NCBI GenBank assembly: GCA_003971905.1
Contig: RSEE01000081.1
Span: 62,001 to 126,000 of the forward strand
DNA from: Moniliella sp. 'wahieum'
Lineage: Eukaryota
DNA: 64,000 nt
Direction: 5' to 3'
Shown here piece by piece: positions 1 through 12,826 of this stretch; the first letter of the stretch is position 1, and each line of letters starts with the position of its first letter. Below the pieces are notes generated by a model, which was given only the letters and a program-made list of their open reading frames with translations, was not told where the DNA came from and did no database searches. Both the position numbers and the translations under genes were made by a program.

Positions 1-880
1 CGTTGCAGGACATAGATACCGCCAGCTCGGGACCCTCCGACACAAGAACTTTGATACGACCTCTTTTGGAGCGAATGCAGCGGTAGGGAGCGTGCGTCCT
101 GATGATCCACATTCTGTCACGTTCGGAAGGACATTGATATGCAGGAGAGCAGACCACTGGTAGCGCGGCAAGGTGTTGTTCCTAGAACCCTGAGTACGAC
201 AGAAGAAAGGGGGCTATGAAGCAACAGGATTAACAGGATTGCAGTCATGAAAAAGGAGACTGTTGACTGAATATTGAGAGGTGCGTCCCCAGTGGCTGGC
301 TGCCTGCCAGAATCCTAGCAAGCAGGGGGTCTGCTTTCAACTTGAACACAAAGGGGCTAGCTAGAAGCGCAGGTGTGTGCGGCGGGATGCTACAAAAGCC
401 ATGGGCGGCAGAAAGGCAGGGTGAGCTGACCCGCGTCAGGCGTCAGGGGGGGGTCAGCTACGCACAGTGCGAGGCGCCTGGCGCGTGCAGAGCCCTGGCC
501 GCGGTGATGGATGAGACGGATGAGCGGAAGAGGGCAGGGGCAGAATATGGAAGGACCAGCAGGACCTCGGTTCGTGCAAAACGGCAAGCGGATGATCATC
601 AGGCGAGATGGGGGGGGTGGCGCGACAGACTGGCAGATGGTCGAGTGGGCCCAGGCAGAGGCATCTGCCTGGCCAACACGCGGTGGAGGACGAAAAAAAC
701 CCAGCCGGCCGAGAAAAGCGATTTGAGTTTGGGGTGCGCAGCCGGTTCTGGCCGATGCGGCGCGGTGCGCGGTGCGGCGGGCTGCCGGCCAGGGCCGGGA
801 TGGGCGCGGGGGCAGTGTCGGGCGGCGGCGGCGGCGGCGCGTGAGGTGGGATTCTGGTTTGGGCGGGATTTCGGCGGGGA

Positions 881-950
881 TTGGGTGGGAATTGGGTGGG
901 AATTGGGTGGGAATTGGGTGGGAATTGGGTGGGAATGGGTCGGGCGGGGG
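881..950 (+). repeat. (TTGGGTGGGAA)x5 11-mer tandem repeat followed by further G-runs; G-quadruplex-competent
   Basis: Five copies at 881-935, then GGGTCGGGCGGGGG. Lies ~350 bp upstream of the ATG at 1293. Confidence 0.9.
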
Positions 951-1292
951 CGTGTGCGGTGTTCCCAGGCATTCGCCAGAATCGGGGCGGCAGACGCAAA
1001 CGCAAACCCCACTCCTGGCCCGAGCGCGGTGGCCTCCGCCTCGACCGGCCAACCACCGTCGCTGCTGCTGCGCCCACCGCCATGTCCACCGCCCCGCCGC
1101 CGCCGCCAGCGCCCTCCCCCTCCCCCGGCGATGCGGTCGGTGTGCTGCGAGCACGCCTCCACGCCCTCGACGCCGCCCTGGCCCACGTCGCCCCCTCGCC
1201 ACCGCCCTGGCCGACCCCCACCGCCGGCGCCGCTCCCAGCGTGCGTCCGCAGCCCCTCCCGCCCGCCTCCTCCTCTCCCGCCCCCGCCGCCT

Positions 1293-4200
1293 ATGTCCGC
1301 CCCACCCTCGCCCCCGACGGCCCCGTCGGCCTGCCCCTCTCCGCCTTCCCGGCCAGAGCCCCATCCGAGGGACAATCCGGCCGGCACCCGCCGCCTCTTC
1401 CCTTCCTATGCTGCTGCCCGTGCTGCGCTGGCCAAGCAAACTGCTGCGCTCACTGCCGAGCGCGAGCACGTGCGTCAACTGGTCATCGAACACGCCTCCG
1501 CCGCGCTGCGCTCGGCGCTAGGTCTGGCTGCTGGGCCACAGCAGGACGGCGAGCCCCTGCTTGACCTCGATTTGGACCGCAAGACCGAGGATGGCCTGCC
1601 GTTTGTCGACCCGGTAGAGCGCCTGCCCGAGGAGGAGGAGGATAAAACAGCCGGTGCCGGTGCCGGTGCCGGTGCCGGTGCCGGATCGGACGACAAGATC
1701 CCCCTTTCTGCCTGGTCACATCTCCAGGGCGGCGCGGCGACGATCGCACCCTTTACGCCGCAACGGGTGGATGCCGAGGAGCGGCGCAAGTGGATTGACC
1801 AGATGTTTGCCCAAGCCGGGCTCGACGAGGACGATACGTCTTCGCCCCCAGCACAGTCCGAGACGGATGTGGCAACGTCACCAGACAAGCCTGTGTCTGC
1901 TGCTTCGACGTCTACTTCTGCTCCTGCTTCTGCCTCTGCCCCTGCCTCTGCCTCTTCTTCTGCTTCTGCTTCTGCTTCTGCTTCTGCTTCTGCTTCTGCT
2001 TCTGCTTCTGCTTCTGCTCCTGCTTCTGCTTCTGCTCCTGCTCCTGCCACCCCTCCCCGTACCGACCTCTTGTCCTCGCCCGAACTGCGGCCGCTGCCTC
2101 ATAGCGCCGACTTGCCGCCGCCGCAAAAACCTGCGCTCAAGCGACACTTGTCCTACACGCCGTGTCCCAGTGGAGCCGGAACGCCAATGGGTATGTCGCC
2201 GACACGGGCGAGAGCATCTCGATGGCCAACTTGCCTGGTCATGCGGTCCACCCACCTTCCCTATTCGCTCTCGGACCACGATGGTGTTAGTTGGCAGCCT
2301 CCGCCCAAGGCGTTTGGCGCCTCGGGGTTTAAACGGGGCTTTTTGAATCTCAATCCCCACTCGGACGGGCCAAGCATTCGTCCGACGCCGTACCGGGTCC
2401 CTCGGTCTGGCGCGCGAGGTAGAGTCCATCCCGCACCACCATACCGACGATACGTTGGCTTCGCAGGACGACGCTCCCACCTCGCGCACGGAAGGATGCC
2501 CCCTCGCCCCGCCCTTGGACCAGGTGGGTGACCAGGCAGAGCGCGGCAGGTCCCCGTCCCGTCCCCCTTCCTCTGCGGGCACAAAGCATGTGCGCATCGT
2601 CTCCCCCCTCGCCTAGTCAGCGATGGCATTCGCATGTGTGGGAGGATCACAAGGCAGCATTAGATCTGAGCAAGCCGCTGCGTAACCTCAAGGTCTCCCC
2701 TACCGTCCGAGAAGATCTACAAAGGGCAGAGAATATGCAAGTGGTCTTGGCTCGACCCAATTCACAACCTCCCCCTCCGCCCTCGACCTCGCACGAAGAA
2801 GAGCTGGCATCTCTGCCCCCCTCTCCGCCTACTAGGATGGCCAAGGACGAGCCGGATGAAGATTGACAGACGAGGCGGCGAAGATCATTGCGCTGTTGGG
2901 TGCCGACCAAATCGCTTCCCAAGCGGCCGGCGTGGCGGTACCAGGCACCAGTGCGGCGGCTGCACCTCTGTCCGATGAGCTGGCGGCGTGGCGCTACCGC
3001 GTCGGCCGCGCCGAACCAACGGTATCCCCTGCGCCCTCGGCCTCTGCTCGACCAGCTCTTGCGCGGGACGTGGTAGAACGAACGCCGAGCAAACGAGCAC
3101 CGACTAAAGACCTGTACGTCGTACCTCTCGCTTGGCGGTCCGGTCCCGACGCCCTCAGCGGCCCAAGCGCATGCCGACGCCGTCTCTCCTCCATCTTTGG
3201 TGCCCCTCGCTGCGCCTCCGGCCGACTTGGACTCGACGGCCAACGTGCCTTCGCTCGTTTCTGCCCTGCACCACATTCATCCTTCGCCTACGCCCTTACC
3301 CACGCCTCCTGTCACAGGGTCCAACTCGCCCTCGGTACTGGCGCTGTGTCCCCGCGTTCTCTTCCTACTTCCACTTCCGATCCCCACTTCCACTTCCCCA
3401 CTCCACTTCCACTTCCACTCCACTCCTACTCCTACTCCCTCTAACCCATCTGCTTTCCTCCCCTATTTCCGCCCGGTACCGACACCCACACCGGCTAAGA
3501 CTAAGCCGGCTAAACGTGCCCTGTTCGGTGGGTTCCTCAAGCTTAATGCCGTCGCGTCTTCGGCTACTGAACCTTCCAACTCCCTTCCCCCAAATCCTGA
3601 GTCTGAGTCTGAGCCTGCGCCTGAGCCTGAGCCTGAGTCTGTGCCTGAGCCCGAAGCCAAGCCCAAAGCCAAGCCCGATGAGCCTGAGCCCGAGTCCACA
3701 CCCGAAGCCAAGCCCGAGCCTGAGCCTGAGCCTGAGCCCGAGTCCACACCCGAAGCCAAGCCCGAGCCCAACGCAGCGGCCGCACCCGGATATCAACGCG
3801 GGGGAGACGTTGCGTGAGCAAGCGCTTCCTGACGCCTCTCCTCTGCTCGCTCGCTCCGCGCGAAGAGGCGGAAAAGAGAAGGCGAGCCTGCTGCGGCCGG
3901 GGTGGCCGTACGATCGGGAACGACCGATGCTTCGGACGAGTCGGACGAGTCGGGGAACGAAGTGGGGCACGGGCCCCAAGCCGCGTTGGCCACGCGGATC
4001 CGCCAAGCAGGCCCGAGGACCAGTGTAGGTATCTCGGCCTTGGACCGCGCCGTGTTGGCGGAGGAGTCAGCGCAGGGGACGACCAAGCTGCCACATGCGC
4101 GGCCGACCAAGGCGTACGCTGCGTCCTTGGCTCGTCGGCGGCGTGGGCGGAAGCGGTGGCCCAAGCGGCGCGCTCTACCTCCGAGTCCGAAGCTGAGTCC

Positions 4201-5869
4201 GAGGCCGAACCAGCCCAGTCGTCCAGTCCAAGCCCCGACGTCGGTCTCACGTCCGCTTCGATGTCGCGGACGAGGAGTACCGTGCGTCGCCACCGGGTTC
4301 ACCGGGGCCGTCGCCGCACGCGTGGGGGAAAAGTACGCTTTTGCCTCGCGCGCGTCCGTGTCGGATGGGTCTGAGTCGGATACGGTGCGTCGCGTCCGGT
4401 TTGCAGCGTCGAACCAAGCCTACCGAGCTCCGGAGGACGAAGCTGGCGTGATGGGAGCGCGCCCGCCCACGGGCACCGTGACGACCGAGCCGCCGAGCGC
4501 CAAACCGCCCAAGATCAAACGCCGAGCCGTGTAGGCACCACGGCCGACGGCCAGCCCATCCTTCGTGGTCGAGGCCAGATTCGGTTTACTACTTCGTCGG
4601 ACGAGCTGGGTCGCAGTCGGACCGGTTGTCGGACAGGTCTGGTCCTGCGCCCTCTCACGCTGCCGATGTGGTGCGAGGGCGTGGCCAGATCCGGTTTGCC
4701 ACCTCGTCCGAGGCAGCCGATGCGCATTCCGGGAAAGACGGGTACGATACCGACGAGCCTCCGTCCGAGGTGGTGGAACGGGCGCATTCGGGCGCAAGTA
4801 GTGGCGAAGCGCTCCGGGCGGCACGGGAACGTGCGGTGGCCATGACCAAAGCCGCCTCGTCGGAGTCGTCGGTGTGGGGATCGGAAGAGGGCGCGGAAGG
4901 AACGAGGGAGGAGTGGAGAGGACGAGCCAGGGTGGCGGAAGTGAGTCGGTGGGTGCGGCAGGGGACGATGAGCAGGATCTGGGGTCGGATGAGGAGGAAG
5001 AGGAAGATGACGACGATGAGGATCCCATGTTGTCCGAAGAAGAGTACACTGCTGAGGACCTGGCTGCGCTCCGGCCCACGTTTGATGCCGAGTGGGGCGA
5101 GGAGGAGGAGGAGAAGGAGTCGAACGAGGATGACGAGGCTGATTTGGACTCGGCCTTGCACCTGGCTGAGATCCAGAGGGAGTACGCACGGATCAAAGCG
5201 GGCATTTGCAAGACCGGCATCGATGGACCGTATCCTTGTCCCAAGACGAGCATCCTCTTGACCCGAGCACTGGCGAAGCCATCACCACCACGCCCTCTGC
5301 CCTGGCGCCGATCGAGGCGGACCAGTCGGGGGGGAAGGGCAAACCGTCGCGTTTCAAACAGGACCGAGTGGCACGTGCGTTTGCAGCCCATGCGGCGGCC
5401 CAGGCCGGTGCGCCGGGCTCGGGAGCCAGCCTGGGACAGGGCACCGGCCTGCCCGAGGGCCAGATGGGCACGCCCAAACCCGTGATGGTCATCCCGCACT
5501 TGGCGCCACTGCGCACGACGCGGTCGGTGCGCCGGTGCAGGAACAGGATCTACGCTCAGCGCGCGGCGTGGAGCTGGAAGGTGCGTCGGACGAGGAGATG
5601 GCGCTTGCTCGAGATGGCCAAGGAGCGTCTGGGCTGGACGCGACGACGGAAGCGCCGTCGGGGTCTGGGTCTGGGTCCGGGTCGGGGGCTGCGCGGCCGA
5701 CGGAGGTGGGGGCGGTGCAGGAGCGCGGGCGCGAGCCGCCTTCGATCGGCCGGGCGAGCCGGGCGAGCGGGACGGAGGCCACGGTGCGGCGGCGGCGGAT
5801 GGACCAACGTCAACGGCCAAGCCAAAGCGCATGTCGCGCTTCAAGGCGGAGCGGCTGGGGCTTCGCTGA
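1293..5869 (+). CDS. Bud27/URI-like protein (DUF3835-type C-terminus), long and low-complexity, split by several indels
   Basis: N-terminal '[13 protein letters not shown]' resembles the NEEGLP motif of fungal URI proteins. '[19 protein letters not shown]' (~5140-5200), 'KPSRFK' and terminal '[14 protein letters not shown]' (5831-5869) match the fungal Bud27/URI C-terminal pattern. Joined across several ORF fragments. Confidence 0.65.
1909..2046 (+). repeat. (TCTGCT)n coding microsatellite, poly(Ser-Ala)
   Basis: Directly visible hexamer run inside the CDS. Confidence 0.9.
3595..3770 (+). repeat. Glu-Pro repeat region with a duplicated '[14 protein letters not shown]' unit
   Basis: GAGCCT/GAGTCT hexamers and a ~40-nt duplicated block. 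Confidence 0.85.
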
Positions 5870-5909
5870 GGCTCGATGAGAGGAGCACGTGGGAAATGCA
5901 TCGACATGT

Positions 5910-6100
5910 CCATTCCATGTCCAGTCCAGCCATCCATTCGATCCTCCATGCTAACCCTCCTTGTCTCCCACGATTCCATCCCATTCTGTTCCATCCATTC
6001 ATCCATTCCATCCATTCTATCACCATTCCATTCCATCCACTCCATCCATTCTCTTTCCCCCATCCCATCCATCCATCCTGCCTTCCAGCCCAGCCCATCC
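5910..6100 (+). repeat. Degenerate (CCATT/CCATC)n pentamer satellite in the 3' flank of the Bud27-like gene
   Basis: Many ccatt/ccatc units, directly visible. Confidence 0.8.
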
Positions 6101-6295
6101 GACGGCAGATAGACAGCAGGCGACTTGTACAGGAATACATGGCTTCACTTCACATCCCACCTGCGCAGCTTGAAAGTTGCAGCCCCCCAACCCTACGCCC
6201 CGTGACGCTGCACCTCCGCCAGCGCCAGCAGCCGCACTCACCCGAGGCACCGCCCCCCACCCCCACCCCACCACCACCCTTCCCCCCCCGCCGCC

Positions 6296-8484
6296 ATGTC
6301 TGCGCCCGCCGCCCTCGACCCCTTCGAGTTCACCCCGCCACCGACCCCCCGTACCCGCCACCATCGACCCCTCCCCTTCTCCCGCCGCCCGCCGCGGCCG
6401 CTGCGCGCAGGACGGCTGGACCCCGCCCGAGTCCGTCCCGCTCCCCGCCTCGACCACTGCGCTGCTCGACCCCTCCTTGCCGCCCTACAGCCCCACCCCG
6501 CACCACTCCCCCTTCGCCTTGGACGACGAGGAGGACAGGGCCGAGCCTGTCGCCACGCCTGCCCCCAACCCTGCTCCCGCTTCGCCTTCCCCTGTGCCTG
6601 CCAAGTCCGACCTGCCCGCCCCCGCCCCCGCCCCTGCCTCTGCCGTGCCCGCCCCCCGCCCCGCCTAGCGGGTCGGCCGAGCCCGCGGTGACCGAGGTGC
6701 GCATCGTGGATGCGCACAAGGCCGGTGATGCCAAGGGGGCCGGGTACATTGTGTATGTAGCGCGAGCCAAGTTGGCCAATGGTTTCCCTCGAGGCGGCGC
6801 GCGGCGGTACAACGAATTCGAAGCGTTTCGACATGCTTTGGTTCGGCTCTACCCCGTCCACCTTGTTCCGCCATTCCCGACAAACATTCTCTCGCCGAGT
6901 ACGCCGTCAAGCAGACGCGTGCAGTGGACGATGCAACGACGATCGCACGGCGTAGGCGGATGCTGCAATCGTTTTTGCGCCGTCTCGCCACCCACCCCGT
7001 CTTGGGCCACTCGCCTGTTTACCTCCACTTTTTGGATGGTCGTCTGTCCTGGGCGCATGTGGTCGCTTCGCCGCCACTCTCGACCCTGCCGCGGTCTAAC
7101 TTGCGCGCTCCGACGCACGACGTGGCGCGCGTCGGCCCAGCTGCCGTCCCGCCTGGCGCCACCGACGCCGACTTGGACGATCCCGATGCGTTTCGCTTGG
7201 CAGCCAGTGTGGCAGCTGAGGCAGCGGCGTACGACGCGTTGCCCCTCCCTCCTGCTTCGACGGCGCTGCGTGAGCCCGACACGCACTTTCAAGATGCCGA
7301 AGCGTTTACCGATAGCTTCACCACCCACTTGACGGGCACGATGGAAAAACAATTGTCGACTGCAAAAGCGGTGGCACGAAGCGGCAGCCGACTATGCCGA
7401 ACTGGAGCGGTGTTGAATGCGTTTTCGTTGACTGAGCAAGGCCGTTGGCCGAAGCGATTGAGCGGTGTGGTCAAGCGTCAGACGCTTCGTTTGTTGCGAC
7501 CGGCACGATGTTGCAGTCGTGGCAGGAAGACTTTAGTGAGCCGTTGCACGAGTATGCGCAGTACGGTGCCATCTTGCAAAAACTGCTCCAGTGGCGGCAC
7601 ATGAAACATGCCCAAGTCGAGGCTGTCGCAACGGGGCTCGAGGCACAGCGGGCGCAGTTGGAGGAACTGGAGGCGGTGGATGCCCATGCAGGTCGGTTGA
7701 CTGGCGCGCTGCAGCGCGGTGGCCGGTCCGGCTTACAAGCTGCCTTGGCATCCTCCAGTCCAGGCGGGGAGGATGGGGTGCGAGATGGTGTGAATAGTCT
7801 TGCGCCAGTCGCTCCCGCTCCCTGGGGCGACCTCGATGCCCAGCTCCAGCCTCAGCCCCAGCCCCAGCCCCAGCTTCGCTGTCCATCTACGGCAGTGCGG
7901 CAGAAGATGCCGAGTCGGAGGATTGGGTGGGAGCGAGCTCGAGTGCGACGGGAGAAACGGCTTCCAGCATGCCGGCCGGCAGCCGCACCAGTGCCGCGCC
8001 GGCACCCGCGCCAGGAAGCATTGCGCGTGCTGCGTCTGCGGCGCGAGTTGCTGCGGGTGGGACTGGGGGGCGGTTTGGTACGTCTGGGTTGCTGGGTGCG
8101 TTGGGCCATACGCTCTCTTCGATGCTGGATGTTGATCCGGAGGGCACGCGGCGCTCGACGGCCGCTCGGTTGCGCGGTCAATTGGCTGCGCTGGAAGGGG
8201 GCTGGGGTCTGGCGGAAAGGGACTTGGCTTATGCCAACCAGACCATCCAAGCTGATCTCGACCGGTTCCAACGTACCAAAGTCACTGACTTTCGCCAGAT
8301 GCTCATCCGGCTCGCTCAGGCCCACCGCGCTGCGGCGGCCGAGTCGTTGGAGGCGTGGCAGGCGGCTCAGCGCGCCGTCGAAGCCATCCCTGCCCCGGAA
8401 GGTATGCCCGAGTCGAGTCTACTTCGCCACCAGCAACGCGAAGGCTCTGCCCTCCCTTCCAATGACTTTTCCTCCTCGACCTAA
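6296..8484 (+). CDS. SNX41: Sorting nexin Snx41/Atg20-type (PX + BAR), frameshifted
   Basis: PX motifs 'YIVY...RRYNEFEAFRHALVRLYPVHLVPP', 'IARRRRMLQSFLRRLATHPVL...HFLDG'. BAR region 'EPLHEYAQYGAILQKLLQWRHMKH', 'ANQTIQADLDRFQRTK'. Confidence 0.85.
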
Positions 8485-10373
8485 GGCCTCGGATTGCTCC
8501 TTCCAACATCAAGTCAACTTGGGCTTGGGATGGTGGAATGGTGGAACGGTATGGTGATCGCTTGGCCGTCTCGGATCCTCTCGCATCCTCTCGGATCACT
8601 CCCCCCCCACCCCGTCTTCTTCCGTTCCTCCTTCACACTTCCTCCTTCCCCCTTCACACCCCTTCGCTTTTCCCCTTGCTCTTCCTGCACTTACCTATCG
8701 CCTATCGACTGTGATGGGCTGGGGCAGAAGAGCACATCGCACACCCCCCCTCCCCCTTGATGTCTGCTCCTGCTTACCCTTAGGCCCCACCTCCACTCCC
8801 CCACTCCCCCGCTTTCCCCTTTCCCCGCTCCCCGCTCGCTCCCCAGCAAAGATAAGATGGGAAGTGCCACCGGGGGTGGACGTCGACTGGCCACAGCGCT
8901 TCCCTGTTCGTTTCCGACCGAGTACTGAGTCCTGATTCAATATTCAGGCCCAATTGATTGCTTTATATGTGCTTGGAGGCCGAACAGGCCCCACCGTCAC
9001 GGTTCCCCGGTCAGACGCATGGAACCGGCCGCGCGCTAGCTACTACCATACAAACTTATATCATCCAGGCGTGCTACCTCGTTCGAGCCGAACAGTGACT
9101 AGTGACTAGTGACTTGGCTTCATGGGACTGACACTATACATCCATTAACCATGAGTTGAAACGCGCGCCTAGCCCAGTGGAGAGGTGGGTCGTTTTCCCG
9201 CCCATCGACGTGTCAGAGCGGGGCGAAGCACTGATGAGGATGCTGGATACCGCCGATGTTGGATACCGATGCTGGATACCGATGCCGGCGGATAGAGAGA
9301 CGGCGGGGCGTTGTTGGATAGGTGAGTCGGAAGACCGGCTCGCGAGGACGTACAAAAGCCAATGAGATGTGCGAAAAGGGTAGAAACATGAGGACATGAG
9401 ACATGAGGCACGAGGCATGCATGACTAGATGACTGGGGACGAGGTGACTGCAGTGGCGATACTACCATCCATACTTCGCTAGCAGTCGTGATGGACGCAA
9501 TGCGCGTGATCATCTCAGTACACTCAGTACACTCAGTACTCACTGCGCTGCCCCCCCTCCATCAACGTTCAACCCCCAAGTCCCACGCCACCAATGTTCG
9601 TCCAGGCAACCCAGGCAAGAATATGCCCTTCGAAAGGTGCGTCCAGGAGATGTTGGCGAGCACAGGCGTACCCAATGTCCCGCCCCCGTACCACGGCCAG
9701 GGTCCATGTGCCTCACCGCGGGACCGAGCCACAGGTATGTGAGGAACGCACAACGGGGAAGGGTGTAGGGTCAACGTTCAACGTTGGACGATTGTTTGCA
9801 TAGGGTGGGCGTCCAGAGATCCAGAGTGGACATTCCCTTGCTCGGTTGGCTCACTCTCACCAAGCAGAAACAGGTGCTGCTGGCTGCGTGGAGAATGCGC
9901 TTGGGCAACCTGGTGATCCGAGTGCCCCTTGTTTCGGTACCACCCACAACCTTGCCCACCCAATCGCCGCCTCGTGCGTGCGAAACCGCAGACCGAGATG
10001 ACAAGCCGTACAAAACCGTGCGCCCTGACCGAGCACAGGGGGGACTAGGCCCACGCCTCCCAACGTGTGCGCTCAACACATTGCATACGCCCCCCAGTAA
10101 ACTGGGCATCGTGCCTGGCCGAGGCGCTACCACGCAGGCCGTTCAGGCGAGGAGAGCCGAGGCCGCGGGCACCATCCAACGCAGGGCCGTACCGCGCGAC
10201 AGAGCAGCAGCGCACAAAAGTAAAAGAGAAGGCGGTAAGAGACCAAGGACGTTGGTAGCATCATATCACCGAGGAGGCGACCTGAGACTTATTTCTTATC
10301 CATCCCGATCGAGCGTTCCACTGCAGCTCCCAAGGAGCTTGGTCTAGTTGCTGCGCCAGGTCGGGTGGGCACC

Positions 10374-11344
10374 TTACTTGGGCCCATGTTGTCGCCTCGT
10401 ATTGGTTGTCAACTTGGCTGCCAACCGACGCGCAGCTACCGAGGAAGAGGGAGCGCGATGAAGGGAGGGAGGAGGAAGACAAGGAAGACAAGGAAGAAGA
10501 AGTAGAGCCCAGGGGGCGGGTTGTAGTGTGGGGCCGAGAGCGCGAGGCAGTCTGCTTGGCCTCATGCCACAGCCGATGTGCCTCCTTCGTCGGTGGAGGG
10601 GGCAGAAGCGACGGGAGGACGCCCAGCCAAGGCGGGCACGCACTTCGTCCTCGTTGCGCTGCACACCAAACGCACGCCACTTGTCCTGCCGCAAGTGCGC
10701 ACGCAGTTTGGCGTTCTGCTGCGCTGGATCGGACCAGAACTTGTCCTGGTCCTCTTGCAGTTCGGCCGTGCGCTGCTCACCCCGCCGCCGCACCCGCTCC
10801 GTTGATCGAGTCTTTTCCCGCACGGTAAATGGGTCTTCTTCCTTAGGTGCCAACCCATCGGCAACTGTAGCGGGGGGGGAGAGGAGGTAAGGTCAGTACT
10901 ATTATCCCGGTGCAAAATCAACGTGACGAAGAGAAAGAAGAAGAAAACAGACAACGTACATTCGTGGCTCCAAGTTCCTGCTCGTTCATCGTCCCAGGAC
11001 GTGACGCGCTCCCGCACGCCATGGACAGCAACGTAGCGTGTATGTTGGGGATCGGTCTCGATGGCAAAGCGAGCAGAGCAGGAGGGGCAGGAGGCGGAAA
11101 GCGCCAGACAGGGATGGAGATACGTAGATACCTGTTTCTTGTCCGCATTGAACCGCCGTCCTTTGGCGATCGACTGGCCACACGCTTGGCACACCACATC
11201 CACCGGCATGGCAAAGCGCACGACCAAGCTTCCGTGCTCAGCTAGCTTGCGCGCGCGCGCGCCCAACGGATGGGCTTTGTTGAAGGGCTCGTAGCGGGGG
11301 TCCATGTCGGGCGGGTAGTACCGCCCCATGTTGAAGCCCTGCAT
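10374..11344 (-). CDS. CWC16-family splicing factor, CCDC130/Saf4 (YJU2B) type
   Basis: 'MQGFNMGRYYPPD...HPLGARARKL..GSLVVRFAMP...CQAC...GRRFNADKKQV', 'CPSC...IETDPQHTRY', 'EDPF', 'WSDPAQQNAKLR'. Probable intron ~10870-10960. Confidence 0.9.
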
Positions 11345-12826
11345 GGTGGGGCAACCGCCGAGCACGCTGCGCTCGCGCTGGGCCAGGGAAGACGGTGGAG
11401 GGCAGGCGGTGGCAGCCTTGGTGGTGCGCTCCGGGGCTGACGCAGGCGATGGCGCTGCAATGTTCAAACGTCCATGGAGGATTTTGATTTCACCAGCTGC
11501 TGACGTACTGTGGTTCAGTCGACGTCACGTGACGAAGGCCGCAGGCTTGATATGACGTCAAGCTTCAAGTGTCGCGTCGTACGGAAAATCGTCTGGTCTG
11601 CGTCAGTACTCAGTACGTACTCAGACGAAGAGGGCCCTGGGGACATGATGGGTACCATGGGTGCCCATCTCGGGGGAATCAGATCTCAGATCGGACGTTG
11701 GACCCGTAGAGGCGGCTCCGCAGGCAAGCCAGCGTGGGCTGGCCACCGGCTACCCTGTCCGACCCTGTCCCACGTCGAGAGGGGGATCGATCTAGCCGAG
11801 GGATCTGGCCTCTGGGATCGCATCGATCGGAACACCGACAAGCGCAGAGGGGCGCCACGCCAGAGCTAGCGCCTCCCAAACGGTACAACATACACCGTAG
11901 TACCACACGATACATACTAGAAGTAGGCATTCTCTTCCGTCTGGGCTTCTGCAGGCCAGCATTGCCTCGCTTGAAGCTCACAGCTCCCCTGGCTTAGCTG
12001 CTAACGTAGCCGACGTAGGGCCTAGGGCCTAACGCGTGCGTAACGCTAACGCGCAACGGAGAAGGCGATTGAGAATTGAGATCTCAGAATTGAGTCTAAG
12101 ATCTGAGATCAAGACTGGGATCTGAGATCTGAGAATGCACTGCTCCACCGACGGCAGCGCGAGCTTGTGGCATGTGAGCCGCTGCGCTGCATTTGCAATT
12201 GGGAGCCATCAAAGACTATCGACAGCGACGCCCTGAGTCCCAGGCCTTAGGCCTTAGGCCGGCCTTAGGCCCCTTCGACCTGATGACGCGGACGCCCCTG
12301 GACGCTCTGTCCTACATATATCGTACGGGGCCCTGCGGTGGCTGGGCGTGCCTGGGCGCCTGGACCCGCATGCACATGCTCTTTAGATCGTAAGAGGTGG
12401 ATGATCGATGAGGCGGATCGAAACCCCAGGTTCTCCGATGCTCACAAGTATTCAATGCTTGCGGTGCAGCCAAGAATTAATGCGACCTGCGCCGCGTCAA
12501 GAACAAAAAAGACCACGAGGCAGGCACGAACGAGCGAGGGAGGATCCCCTGGATCCCCCCACACCTCCCCCGTGTCACATGGAACTCTGGACTCACACTC
12601 TACGCAAGCTATCCCTTAAGGCACAATTGGTAGGCAGTAGGCGCAGGCAGGCTCCAATGCACACCCCACACCCCAGCACCCAACACCCAGATACGCCGAC
12701 ATCGATTCGACAGACTAGGAAAGAAAGCCGAAAGCCGCAAGCCGCAAGCCAAACGCCAAACGCGGGGTGACGGTGACTAGATGACTAGGGAGTGTGCTGT
12801 GGGGCACGACTTGCAGAATCATATCA

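Noticed and set aside
342..1292. N-terminal extension of the 729-aa ORF
   Set aside because: TTG start that runs through the G-rich minisatellite and promoter-like DNA; the ATG at 1293 is more plausible.
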